A DNA stretch of 61,892 nt, the filler included, from Choristocarpus tenellus KU-1152 (Eukaryota > Protista > Phaeophyceae), in NCBI GenBank assembly GCA_964200185.2. It is 13 parts of 13 records of this genome, joined end to end, with 100 filler letters (N's around TTAATTAATTAA, not from the genome) between each part and the next. Parts side by side here need not be neighbours in the genome. Positions count along the whole stretch, not along the records: positions 1 to 3,336 come from CAXNAD020020725.1; positions 3,437 to 6,531 come from CAXNAD020022360.1; positions 6,632 to 13,924 come from CAXNAD020006386.1; 10 more parts are not named here. The stretch is one strand, 5' to 3'. Position numbers and translations under genes: made by a program. Position 1 is the first letter of the stretch, and every line of letters starts with the position of its first letter. The notes under the pieces are model-generated. The model was not told the origin of the DNA and searched no databases. It was given only the letters and a program-made list of their open reading frames with translations. Shown piece by piece: positions 1 through 12,700 of the stretch.

Positions 1-1605
1 CGTTTTCGCAGAACAACCATCCTCATAGTCCCGCTCCATCCTCAATTTTGAGAATCCCCTGTTAGATGGAAACATTAGTCCACCTTCAAAGAGGGCAACA
101 AAAATTTGATCGATAAATTTACGATCGCTCGAATCTGTAGATGAACGAACGGTCAACAGCTGTAGTAAATCTAACCAAAAAGGTGTCGAAAACGTAGTGC
201 ATATGCATGAGGGTTTCATCGAATTGTTGGAAAATACTAGCCCACTCACTGTCTGGTCCAGTCTCCCATCGTTTTGCTTACTAAATGGGTAAAAAAAACC
301 CGTACATAATTGATCCCATGCTTTAGGAGTAACAATGGGAATAGGGTCAGTGGAATTACTCTGCAGTTGAAAGTTTGCGATTGGGCAGGGTACGCCGTTC
401 AACTTTGCCTTCCATACTTTGAAAATATAGCATACTGGCATTTGAATCTAAAATCAGAGGCAAATAGGCAATACAAACCCGATCAATGGTCATTGTTCAC
501 GTTGTGAATCGTGGAGTTGAAGTGTGACGTGCATACGGAAACTTGTCAGAAGGGTGGGTACATCAGTTGCAGTAGAGGGGAGACTCATATATTTGGGGAA
601 GTTCGCTATCCACATTTTTTGCAAAGCAGTTGTGGTGGAAATAGGTATGGATTGCCTTACATTCGTTTTGTCCCTCAACTCTGTCGAGTTCCGAATAAGG
701 TCCATGTTTGGAGGACATTTTGTTCGACGGCTGCCTTCAACTCGGAGTCGGTGAGATCGATGCACAGTTCCCCAGTCGACGATGTTGATGATGGAACTGG
801 TGGTGTTGACAAAGGCATCTGTAAAGAAGTTGACGGAACATTTACAGTCTGGGTGACAGGGGTGTTAACGGTAAGGGTTCTTGATTGAGCATTTTGCAAA
901 ATGATGGTTAACCACTCCAAAATCTGTGTCTTCAAAGATTCTGGATTGGTAAGAATATGCCTTTTATTCGTGTGTAAAATAAGATTCTGTAGAAGAAACA
1001 ATCTAAGGATGAAAAGACAATGTTCGTGTTCTGAAGAATAGAAGATATGTTTGAGTTTCAAGAACTTAGAATATGGAAGAGTTTGGGAATAGGAAATATT
1101 GTGAGAAGTAATATGTGATTAGTTTGATTAGTCATTCACAGAATAGAATTGAGTTGGTGGCAAGGACCCCCCCCTTGAACTTGCATGTTCACTCCTTTCA
1201 TTTTCCTTACTTCATCTACAACCTGTTGTAGACAATAAGGAATAAATCGAGTTACTTACATACACTTGGGAACATCAATTTCTTTAATATGCTAACTACC
1301 ATTACTTATTGAAGTGTGCTAAGTTCTCAAGGCTAGCATTAAATTGATTTGAGGGGGAGTCCAGATGGAGGCGGCTGTCGGATGCACAAGACATACGTTG
1401 AGAAGAGCGGAGGATGGAGACACGACACCTACAATACCAGTTGAAGAAGTTGGAGAGGTGGTTGAGTCTGATAATGATGACGAAGAGATGATTACGAAAC
1501 CTGCGCAACATCACTGTGCAAAAGTGTAGGTAATTTCAATTTTACCATGACTGGAAATTGTCAAGCATGCCTCGAACACTGCAATGCACAAGGGAGTCCC
1601 GCCGT

Positions 1606-1922
1606 CTTTGGGAACCCACTGTCATAATTTTTTTCATTTTTTTCATGAGCATTTTTGAAAACCTAACCCTATCTCTAACCTTAACCCTAGCTTGTGTGTT
1701 AAGATATATCCCTAACCAGCCAAGGAAACATTCTAGAGGAGGCGTGTTGGAGGAGTATGGTGTGCACTGGGAATCACAACCTCTCAAGGATCCACTACTT
1801 TTCACTTTTTTACACTCCTTTTGGAGAATCTAACTCTAACCATAATCGAAACATCTGTGTGAAAAACAGCTCTAAGGTTTGTTTGAAGAAGTGAAAAAAG
1901 TGGACAGAGGGGGTTCCCCAAG
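1606..1922. mobile_element. Putative MITE with imperfect terminal inverted repeats and internal (TAACCY)n
   Basis: Left CTTTGGGAACCCACTGTC..TTTTTTCA resembles the reverse complement of right TGAAAAAAGTGGACAGAGGGGGTTCCCCAAG; TAACCY hexamers at ~1665-1690. Confidence 0.45.
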
Positions 1923-2146
1923 TACATGTCAGAATATATATGAAGATTAGGGGGTACCTCTTGTGTAGGCATCCTGGGTCGAACTTGGAACTAGTTTGCA
2001 CTCGAGAGAGACGACTCAAGTAACGACTAACCTGTTGGTTTTGCCTGGCCTGAAAGATAAAGTCTGTCCAATTGCCTCAAGAGGAAACTATTGGTTTTTG
2101 TGCAATTAACCTTTGGAGATATTGCTATTTGATCAGTAGTGTTCAC

Positions 2147-2226
2147 TACTCAAAGTATCTGGGAGGGGGTGGCGGGTGTCCATTTGGGGCCAATTTTTCA
2201 TGTAGCGATTTTTGTGTGGTTGGATT
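2147..2226 (+). mobile_element. MITE family A, partial copy truncating the Copia gag
   Basis: CAAAGTATCTGGGAGGGGGTGGCGGGTGTCCATTTGGGG matches the end of full copies at 24467, 46664 and 51037. Confidence 0.8.
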
Positions 2227-3332
2227 CGCCTCAGTCTTGATCTCTTCCTTCCCAGACTGCACCGTAGTCAAGAACACCGAAGTGGATGTTGTTGCATCAT
2301 GGGCACGTCCACCACATTTGGTGCAAATGCGGTTTGGACAAGCTGTCTTTTCATGTCCATGCTTTTCCGCATCTCTCACAAGGAATCTTCTCGGAACGTT
2401 TTGGGTAGGAATTAGAACCATTTTTCTTTCTTCCACCATTAAATTTACGTTCGGCCCCGTGACCTTGGCCGTTGTGATGAGACTGACTCTTCCCTTGCGA
2501 TGAGCTGTTAACGACCAAAGCATGACTATTCTTGTGTCTTGAGTCCTTGCCCTGATGAAGGGAAGGATATCGCTCTCTAGCAGTTGTCTCTACGTCTGCT
2601 TGACATAGTGTTCTCTGCGAGGCCATCATGCGTATCTCAGTATCGTAATCTGATCTGAGAGCACTCAGGAACTGTAGGAGCAGCAGCTTGTCCGAGATCA
2701 CCAGGTCCATTGATAGCATCCTCCCTCGTAGCTCTTCCAGGTGGGTTAAGGTCAGGACCGGATTCGCCCCCTTCTCCACCTTTGAAGTGAAAAACTCATG
2801 GAACAAATGTTGGCTATTACCCACTGTATTAGGCATGAACTAATCATCTATTTGCTCGGAAAAGCTCGCTCGGGTTTTGGTGCGTATTGCACAGTGCCCT
2901 GGTGGTGGGTGCAACGAGAGCAACAGTAAGTGCATGGTAGGCCTCTTCGGCCATCCAGATATCGTTTGCACTGAAGCCGTCCGAGAGAAGTTCCTCGTTG
3001 GAGCGTTCTTGATTGACTGGTCTTTCACTTCTCAACCCATCCAAACAGTGAATATATCTGCAATGCACGATGAAACGCCTCCGCCAGTCCCGATAGTCTG
3101 AGTCGTCCAATATTTTCGGTGGTTGGGTTCTTGATCTCTTTGTCGTAGGGCGAACAATATGTGCGCCTGTCCCCAAACTCTCCGAAGAACCAGACCTCCG
3201 GCTCGCCCCACTTCTGATGCTCCCAGCGGCATCCAAACTGTTTCCCCTCTCTCGGAAATTTTCCCTCAACATGGGTTTCATAGGACCCACTTCGACTGGT
3301 ACCCCCCCAGCCGGAGTCCGTGTGTTGGGCAC
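2227..3332 (-). mobile_element. Ty1/Copia-type gag, frameshifted remnant
   Basis: Consecutive ORFs 2844-3332, 2351-2836 and 2146-2523 give YRDWRRRF, LLQFLSALRSDYDTEIRMM (UBN2-like gag) and, across a frameshift, two knuckles CERCGK/HGHEKTAC and CTKCGGRAH. Confidence 0.8.
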
Positions 3333-3336
3333 AGCG

Positions 3337-3436
3337 NNNNNNNNNNNNNNNNNNNNNNNNNNNNNNNNNNNNNNNNNNNNTTAATTAATTAANNNNNNNN
3401 NNNNNNNNNNNNNNNNNNNNNNNNNNNNNNNNNNNN
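3337..3436. other. Artificial contig linker (first of 12 identical linkers)
   Basis: 44 N + TTAATTAATTAA (stops in all six frames) + 44 N; also starts at 6532, 13925, 19600, 22877, 30808, 37890, 40704, 46319, 50633, 53397 and 57040. Confidence 0.99.
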
Positions 3437-5140
3437 CCCTGGACAGCAAGTAGCTGTGTGAGAGTTGTCCCCCTACCAACCCTTTCACCTGTACCCCCCC
3501 CCAACCCAGTAACTTCCCTCTCACTTCCATTGTTCCAACCATCTGCATTTATACCCTCATCTTCACTCATCCCAAACCCATCCGTCCCACTCTGCGCTGT
3601 TGTGGTCGGGAAAATGACTTCCTGTTCTCCTTTCCCACAAGTCGCCCCTGTCTGCATGTTCTTCCCCTGGGGAAGCTTCTGGTTGAGCTTCAGCATAGGT
3701 GAGGTATCTGTGGTTTTGCCCATTACTCTTTGTACATTAAGCATGGCCTGGGATTGATCCTCAGTTTTAGGTGAGGGAACGGACAAGCATAGGTTCTGGT
3801 AGGTTTATTGAGGTTTAGGGATAAGGTGAGCAAGACTGGTTATGGTGATCTTGCGGGCAGGGATGGATGAGAGCAGAGGGAGGTGGTCAGGATGTTTGAA
3901 GCCCTTGTTGAATGTGTGTTTGCTATGGTTCAGCCTAGGTATACAATGACATCGTCAACTCCAAACCCCCTTAATCTGCATTTATCCTGAGATTCTACTA
4001 TCATGTGCTCATCAAATCTACAAGAAGAGCACTGTTGACATCCTAGCGATATCATTGAACTGTCACTGTAAACTCTTCAGAGAGAAGATAAAGCTCATGC
4101 CCTCGAGTTTCAGGACCTTGCACGCCCAACATGAAATTTGAAAACATTATGTACGCACTTGCAGTGACACATCATCTCCATCACCAGGACCTCTGGTGTG
4201 CCCTTCAGGGACCATATGGTGCGTAGTATCTTGCTCGTCCAGCCTAACTCCCCCTGGAGGTGCTGATCCTACCCCTCCAGTTCTCTTCTCTTTAGGACCA
4301 AATATTTCTTGTTGGGACCTATCTTTATTCTCATGGTCCTGGTGGCTAAGGAAATTGCCGCATGCTAGCAAACCGGTCGATTTCAACAACAGATTGATGG
4401 AAGCCGCCGTAGGTGCAGGAGTATTTGGTGGTTGCGCGACATGATCCGTTAGCGAGGAGTTTGGACACAGAGTGGAAGAAGTGCTGATGGCTGCAGGTAG
4501 AGTTCTCCGTGCTGAAGCCCTGATAGGGCATTGAAGCAAGGATGAGAAAAGAGTAACGCAACGTAGGGTAGAGTAGTTGGTGGGATAGGGAAGCCCTGCA
4601 CGAGAAATGGGTATGTCAGTGATTTAGTATCTCCTCGGTTTCCAATAGCAAGGCATTTACTTCTGAGCGCTTGCCTGATATGTGTTATGTTGTGCTAGGA
4701 CTTCGTTTAACTCTACTACTTATTCGAACCTCTACTGGGCCGAAGATTTCGCTTATGAAATATGACTGACACCACATCTGAGGGCATCTTCTCTCCTTTC
4801 TTGACTGATGAGATTTCGGGAAGCACTCGTCTCATGCTAAGACAGAACCAATACAAAAAATGTGTCGAACATCAGCGCGTGCGACATGAGTCGGGGTCTT
4901 AGACCTTCACCTCCGTGCTTTCAATAAGTGATCCCTGCGCTTCAATGCCAAGGATTGCAATCTCGGACGTACATACGACAAAGTGGGAGGATTAGTAATT
5001 GAGCCATTGACGGGCAAAATGGCTTCTTGGTCGTTCCATGGAGCCCTGTCCGACTCCCTGTTTAAAGGTACACAGTTCGATCCCTTGGAATTATCGAGGA
5101 GAAAGATAGTCCTTCCCCTTCGGCTTGGTCCGTTCGTCAT
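3437..5140 (-). CDS. Unknown low-complexity protein, at least 3 exons (5140-4911, 4519-4159, 3795-contig end), 3'-partial
   Basis: Three open frames join by GT-AG introns in consistent phase (2 then 0); no recognisable domain. Confidence 0.5.
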
Positions 5141-7128
5141 CACGTTTTGATCGCATGCGGCAAAGTTGTTTCTGTTCCATCACCAACTTCGCCTTACACT
5201 TTTTCTTCGTTATGTGGGGAACAGTTTCATTTGGTTTAATAGAACATATATTGATGGGAGTTAGGGACATTTTTGTATGTAGAGTGAAAAGCAAAAAAAA
5301 AGAAAAATTTAAAGAAAAAAGATAAAACATTTTGGACTAATTTTTAGTCTAGATAAATTGGGCTATCTTACAAAACTACTATTATTTCTTTTACTATACG
5401 AAGCTTTATGGCAGAAAAATCTATATGATGACCTATTTTTTTCAAATCATATCGTACAGCTTTAGATGGTATATAGTCGATTACAGTGTCTGTCTCTTCG
5501 CTATTCAAAAATTCTAAAAGAGGCTTATTTCTCAAGTTTGGAGTGATGTATTATTGAAATTGCAATGGGACCTGGTTCTGTGTGATGGGGGGTAATGAGA
5601 ACCACCAGAGATGAGGTTCAGCAAAGGAAGTGAAAGATGAGACTGAGATATGCTGGGTGTGTGTTGACAACCTCAAAGTGTCATGTGGATCAATCTTCAA
5701 TGTGATTGGTTGTGACCAGCCAGAACAGAAAACAAAATCTCGGCTTTGCTGGTTTGAATCCACCGTTCATGTCGGGGTTACTGTGTGCCAGTCATGCGTC
5801 TGACCCACAACACATCACTTGCTCAATCGCAAAAGGTGACGCGCGCAAATGTATATGAACGCGCTTATTATCCTCATCAATGTCGGAGATCCAAAAAAAG
5901 GTGACCTGTCCCTGATAAAAGACAGATATAGTACAAGTTAAGACTAACATGAAAAAATCTGTATAAATTGATAGACTTCCAGGCATAAAGTTTGCAATTT
6001 TTTCCTGAAATAGGAGAAAAGATATACAAGGTAAGTCACAGGAATGTACACATAACATAGAAATCACCAACTTCTAAAGGGTTGTTTTAGTAGAGAGGAC
6101 ATTCAAATATTAAATTGTTTATGAGATATTTCGGATTTATGACAACTGTTGTTTTTACCAGGGTCCTTGTGATATTGGTTTGGCTCTTTTCCAGACACTT
6201 ATGTACAACAATGTTAGAGGGCATAACAATATAACACCAGGTAAAAGGTGTGGGCAAGGGACATCTGATGTTGTAAGAGGAAAATCGGATGTCAATCAGT
6301 AGCACCTGTTATGAAGATATTATAGGAGTTGTGGGGTCGTTGGAAGGGGGTGGAATTTATACATTGATGGGAAAGCAGCTATATTTTGACGGATTTACTG
6401 GAGGAAGGATGCTGGCAATGACGGTATGTTGAGACCTTAGTGTGGGCATAGGTGATGCGGTTGTGAGTGATAGATGACTGGAGAAATACAGCATCTAACA
6501 GCCGATCACCAAAATTGAGGATGAAGCATACNNNNNNNNNNNNNNNNNNNNNNNNNNNNNNNNNNNNNNNNNNNNTTAATTAATTAANNNNNNNNNNNNN
6601 NNNNNNNNNNNNNNNNNNNNNNNNNNNNNNNTCCCAGATACTTTGGGTCCAAATTTCTGAGTAGACCACACTGGAGCGCTTTTTGTAATATCCCATCCCC
6701 TGGAATTGAGGCCATTCTCTTATTGTATATAAAAAGAGGGTCTCAGACAATCGTACATACTTTCCTATGCCGTATAGCATGCTCTAATCCAAAAGCCCCA
6801 GTGTCACGGAAAGCCCTACCTGGCGTGTCACAACAGCTACTTGGGTCTCTGTGAAGGATAAGAAATTTCCTGATGTACTTGCTTGAACCACGCGCTCGTG
6901 TGTGTGTGCGTGCATGTGTGTGGTGGCAAGGTAGAACACACTCAATCCGTGTGTTTTGTTGTGCTACAGAGTATTTTTTTCTTGAGGTGTGTTGTTGCAC
7001 TGCTTAAACTTTGAAAAGTGTACTCAGGTACCCCATAGTATGATTAGTTCATCACACTTCAAAGGCGTGTCAAAGGATATTCTAGTGTCTCCCACATTCA
7101 TCAATGTATCAAAAATTGGCATAAATAA

Positions 7129-7387
7129 CAGTAAAAGTATCTTAGAGGGTACGAGTTGGCCCTGTTTTTCCATTTGGGACTTGACTTCCCATGAGTTTTT
7201 TTATGACATTTTCCTACTCCAAAATGTTTAGGAGTAGATAAAATGTATGCATTATGAAAAGGTGTGTCAGGAACATGGATATTGACACTTTCTAACAAAC
7301 CCGATAGCCAAAATTACATCAAAATCGCAACATTGGATTTGTCCCCCAAATGGACGTGACTCTATACCCTTCAAGATACTTTGGCTC
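7129..7387 (+). mobile_element. MITE family B (Sola2-like non-autonomous DNA transposon)
   Basis: TIR AAAGTATCTTAGAGGGTA / TACCCTTCAAGATACTTT; 4-bp TSD ATAA. Confidence 0.85.
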
Positions 7388-7566
7388 ATAATGAATCATC
7401 GCCAAAGAGGGGTATGTATGAAAATCAGCAGCTACAGGAATTGACATTGTATTTGCCTTACATCAAGCCAATAAAACACTTTCCCTCCAACATCCCCTAC
7501 ACCCCAATCTTCTCATTCACATTTTTTTTCCTATTCCAAGCCTTACCTTTCTGGTTGTTATGCACC

Positions 7567-9557
7567 TTAGTTGTACTTAACGAAAAGTTGTAAAACCCCA
7601 GCCCTTATCACATTCCTCTTCATAGATTGGCTGTTGTCTACTTCCTTCCTGAATAAGAGCCCGGTTAATGTTGGGTAGGTGTACACATTCACATGCCTGT
7701 CTTTGGCAGCAGAGCGCTGACTGCCAGCCCCGGCTGCAACTTTGTGCACACTGTTTGTGGTGGTCTCCCCATCAAACCAGGGTGAGGGCTCCAAGCACTT
7801 TGGTGCAGAGCCGTGTGGGTAGGCTGCACTTCTTGGCCATGCCTTCAAAATGGTGCGAACTAATTAATGTTGGTCATATGGTAACAAAGGGAATTTAGCG
7901 TTGAGTCTGAGATAAGCGACCGCACACCAATATTAGGTCCTCTGAAAATAATGGTTGACGCACAAGTTATACTCTGGAGTACAACAGTTGTACAGTTAGT
8001 TGCTTGTCCACTTTCTATTAGTACAGAGTAGTGGTGTAAAATATCCTTGGAAAGTGTCCAAAGCTGTTGCAACCATGCACCACCTGGTGGGCATACACCC
8101 TGAAAATGTTATGACATCAGTCAACTCTAGAAACATAATAGCCGATCTGGCGGCTATGTACTCCCATGCAGGAGAAGGCGCCATCCCTATCACTACCTGC
8201 CCCACCTCAAATGACCCCAACACTCCCCATAGTCTACGCAAAATGAGGGCCTTAAACCCCTCTCCACTCTACTCCATTCTCCCCCCTACCTTGCCACAAC
8301 CTATGCCTTAGGCAAGTTTTGTAAAGTGCAACTGCTTGTTAAATCATGCTGCTGCATAGTAGCCCAATACTGAAACTCTTTGATGGATGCCCGTGTGCAC
8401 ATGGTTCACGCTGTTAGTATGTGCTGTTGGTATCTGAGGTGGGGGTCAGGGTTGAGGCACGTGATTTCTTAAGAGAGGTGGCTCCAGGTGAAGCATACCA
8501 ATACCTTTGGTGTTGTGAACGACGCCAAAGAAGGTGTCAATTTAGACTGCAATGGAGGACTCCACTCGTTCACTTGGAATCCCTCCTTGCAGATGTCCTC
8601 TGGGTTGGTGTATCTCCCACTGGCGGTGACATCTCGGCGGAGCATGCGTAAGGTACCACATGCACCGTAGCGGCTTGCTGCAGCTAAGGGGCCACTCCCA
8701 CCCATTCCTGCACTATTTCGGTATCTGTTGCCCATGTTATATTGCCAGTGATAGAGAGTAAACGTATTACATTTCTCTTGGGGGAGGTGCTGTTGTGAGA
8801 GATTTGATACATAAAATATTGTAAACTTGCGTTTACGACTCCTGAGGTTCCTATTCGTGATATTCACACTTTGAGTCCCAAGTGTTGAGTACTATTTTGG
8901 GTCCATCTTAGCGTGAATTGTACCGTCGATAGTTGACCCTCGTTCTAATGGATCTATACATGCTGCTTGTGCCTTACACCCCTTTCTGGATTGATCGGAC
9001 AAAATCGATTGACGACAAATTGCTACCCGAACAGAAAATGACTTCAGCATGATCTGAAATGCCAGAATATCATGGTCCATCTCCCTGTGCAAAGTTCAGC
9101 GGTTGTGGAGAAGTTTTGAAGAAACAGAGAATATCATCTTACCCGAAATGCCAAGGTCGCGTCTGCCCGTACTCCAGAGTCTCAACCACTGATCCATATA
9201 AAGCGATCGCTGCCTGTGGACCAGTTGGGGCTCTCCTGAGACTTGACGTTGTACTAAATAATTTGGTGCAGGTTCTAGGTCGGTGTCGGCGCGTGAGGGG
9301 ATCAGCGGCCCCCACCTATTTTTGAGGCGGTTGCCAAAAAGACGGCTGGGGTTCAGGGGTTCAATCTATATATATACTAGGCCACAGATGGAAGAGGGCC
9401 TGGCAGGAGGGGTATATTGCGTTATAGAATCACGGATATGCCCGACCTGGTATAGGTTGGCCAGGTGCCCCCTTTTGATTGACTTTTTGCCATCCATATC
9501 TACTGTACCATCTCTCCATGGAACTCCTTCTGGATGTACAAAAAGTGTCTCCAAAAT
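7567..9557 (-). CDS. Unknown multi-exon protein (candidate exons 9557-9447, 9315-9143, 9084-~8980, ~8725-8505, 7842-7567)
   Basis: Three junctions are GT-AG and phase-consistent (..NLYQ|VGAAD.., ..WHFG|EMDH.., ..TTPK|AWPR..); first exon and one internal junction uncertain. Confidence 0.45.
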
Positions 9558-9779
9558 CTATGTATTGGCAGTGATTTCTGTTTGACTGTTTCGTGCTTGA
9601 AACGTCACATCAAGAGAACAAATAGGCATAATGTTCCATGCGACTTGCCTAGATATCTTGGTATCTTGCAGTAGGGACTACTCGCTCCTATGGAGTAAAA
9701 GTCTCTTAATGAAAACTTAGAGTCGTGAATCAAGCACCCCCAGAGACGGTAGACAAAAAAGAGCAAGGGACAGTCCGAG

Positions 9780-12700
9780 ATGCCTTCCCTGAAGAGCTTG
9801 ACTTGGACAGCAATGGTAGCGTGGGCTGGCCTAGTAGGGAATATCCTCGCTGATCATTGCACCTCGATCTGCGAATCTGTCCGCATGAACATCTCACATG
9901 CTAACGCATGTGTGAAGGCGAGGAAAAGTCTGCCTAGACCAAAGGTCGGGAGGGTCTGTCAGGTATGCGACGTTCCTGAACACCCTACCTGCCCGTAGTA
10001 GGATGAGCATTTCTCGCTTGGCAACAAATTCCCTCGAACACTTCCAACGTAACACCGACACCGCTCCCTCTCCAGGAAGCCTTCGATTCGGCTTACGACC
10101 TAAGCTGCCTTGAAGTCTGTCGATTGCATGGTACTGGACGGGCTCCCATACGTCGAATAGAAGAGGCCTGTGACCGTAGGTGTGCGTCATTCGTGCCCCG
10201 TCCGTAACTTGAAGTCCAACTGTATTCCGCGTCCTGAGGGGAATCTTCTCGGTAGCGTGATCAATAATTATGTAGCTGGCTCAAACAAAACAACTTGAGT
10301 AATATGTTGTACCTCTAACTGATGCTGGTACTCATTGATCACAGGAAGCGCGAAGCGCCACGGCCTGTTGTTCACAAGGCGTGCGTGGACGGATTCGAGG
10401 CTGGGTTTGAGAGTACCATTAACTTGTTAGAGAAAGAATTCGCCAGTGTAAGTGCCAATTCTGCTAACCAAGACTCTCGCTATTACTAGTAGCTTAGAAT
10501 AGGATGCTAAGGGCTTGATAGTATCGCAGGGAAACCCGAACTCGTTGAAAAATACCCGACTTTGATGGTGCCATCACCTTCCTTGTGTAGCCTGGACGAG
10601 GTAAATTGAAGTCTCGATACCATGTACTGTACATTCTACGACATACATGTAGATACAAAAGAGTATCCTTAATAACAGGATACTAATATTTTAGACCTCT
10701 AGGTTTTTTGCTCCATGAAATGATTTGTTCTCTTGGAAATATACTCAGTGGTGGGGGACAAAATATAATATCTTGGCTAAGACCATGGTGGCCTGGATCC
10801 CAACCTCATGATAGCATCATTGCCTTGCGCATTTTCCAGTAAATGGTAGAGATGAGGATCGTTTTTTTCTTTTTCCCCTTTCCCAACTTTGCTTACGCTT
10901 AATTCACCAATCAGCCGTTGCCCCAAAATGTACCCCAGAATACTTCATCTTCGGTGTAATGCATTGTCCAAATATCTATTGGTAGATGGAAGAAGATCTA
11001 AGGGAGTCCCTTTCCAAGACAAATGCTGAAAGGCTGGCAGTGATGGACCACCACGATGGACATGATAAAGCAGGCACCACCCCAGATGAAGAAGATGTTC
11101 AAAAAGTAAGAAAGGTTATGGTGATGTAAAGACAATGGTTGCAGGCACAAGCTGAAACCTACCTATATTAGTACTCAATCGTGACTTACTGAATCGCCCC
11201 ATCAACTAGAACTGTTGTAAGGCGAATTTTCAAGAGACATTTTCCTGTTGTTATGTAAAAGCATTACTGAGTTTTACTTGCTGATGATTCTTTCTATTAA
11301 TAGATGCAAAGATGTCTAAATCAAAAGTTTCTCTGTGACTTGAGATCCCAAAATTTCGCACAATAAACGTGGTGATCTGGACGGACGACAACAATGATGA
11401 GATAGCTGAGTGATACACTTCCTCAACAGCAGAGGCGAAGGACTAAGTTCACAATACCTTCCCACTTTTTCCAACTCTGTTTCCTTGTTTCTAGTGCATC
11501 ATATTGAAATGTGTATGTGCTGTATATTACCCATTCCTTACACACCCACATTTCTAAATTCCCCTTGGCTGTCCTTTCCCACCAGAATAAATCATTAGGC
11601 CTTTGGTCTCTATTCTCATCGGTTCTGTACCTGCCTGAGTTGAAGTCTCCTTCATTTTGATGGAAAGGGGGATTATTAGATACTGAAGCTACTACACGAT
11701 TTCCACAGCCCGCATGTGGGTAGGCCCCACAGGAGCGTATGGATGTAGAAGCTGTGTCCAGGAATTCACATTTTCATGAACACCTGATCTCACAGATAGC
11801 ATCAAACTCAGAAGGCAGTCACAAAGGTTCCTTATGATCAGCAACACCCCATCTTGGATAAATAGACTCCTTTTGCACATACTTGGCCCTAACTCCAGCA
11901 GAAGATCAATGAACAGCAATTGCTGGAAGACAGAGCTGACAAGGGCGATCAACAAAAAAAGGCACTTGCTGCTCAGCAAGAAGCAGAAATGCTCAGGGAA
12001 GCTGAGGAAGATGCTCAGGAAAAGGCAAAGGCGGAGGCCTCCAGAAAGGCAAGATTACACTGTGTTTTGTTGTCGGGATGAAATAATCAAAGCAGTAGTG
12101 TTGCGTCAGAACTCTGACGGTTGGGTTATTGTGATGGGTGGTTTTACAATGTATTCTACTGGAATATCAATTTTCTGTGTACAGTGTGTTACATTTGTGA
12201 GTGACAGGAATTCCAGGCCCATAGATTCTCAGTTCAGGACGACAAATAGTTTACCCTACTGATGAGGGATGAAAGGGTGGGAGGCAAAGAGGCTACTATA
12301 CCATTACATTTAATGATATGTCACAGACACACCACTGCAGTGTCGTGAGCAGTTGGAGAGGCGAAGGAGATTGGTCATCTGAAATGTAGTGCTCTAGTAG
12401 ACAGTATATTCACCTAAGCTCTTTGCATGCTTGGCAACAGGTCTCAGAAAGGACGGTGTGTGGTACACACAGATCCCTAGATACCTGTATAAAGGTAAGG
12501 TCTAGCCCTTACTAAATTTCTACAGTGAATAAAGTACAATTGAAGTATCATAGTCATGTATCGATGCAGGTTTTGCAAACATTTGACAGTATTCATTTTC
12601 TTCACCTCAGAGTACAATGTTCTTCAAAAGCCTACCAATTCTGGACGTCACCCTCCACCCCTAAACCTGTAACTGGCAGTTTGGAGATGGGAGTGGGGGC

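Noticed and set aside
330-520. Minus-strand IHNVNNDH* and AQSQTFNCRV resembling Ulp1 protease His and Cys motifs
   Set aside because: Stops in frame, no catalytic Asp context, and another frame looks equally protein-like; cannot be supported
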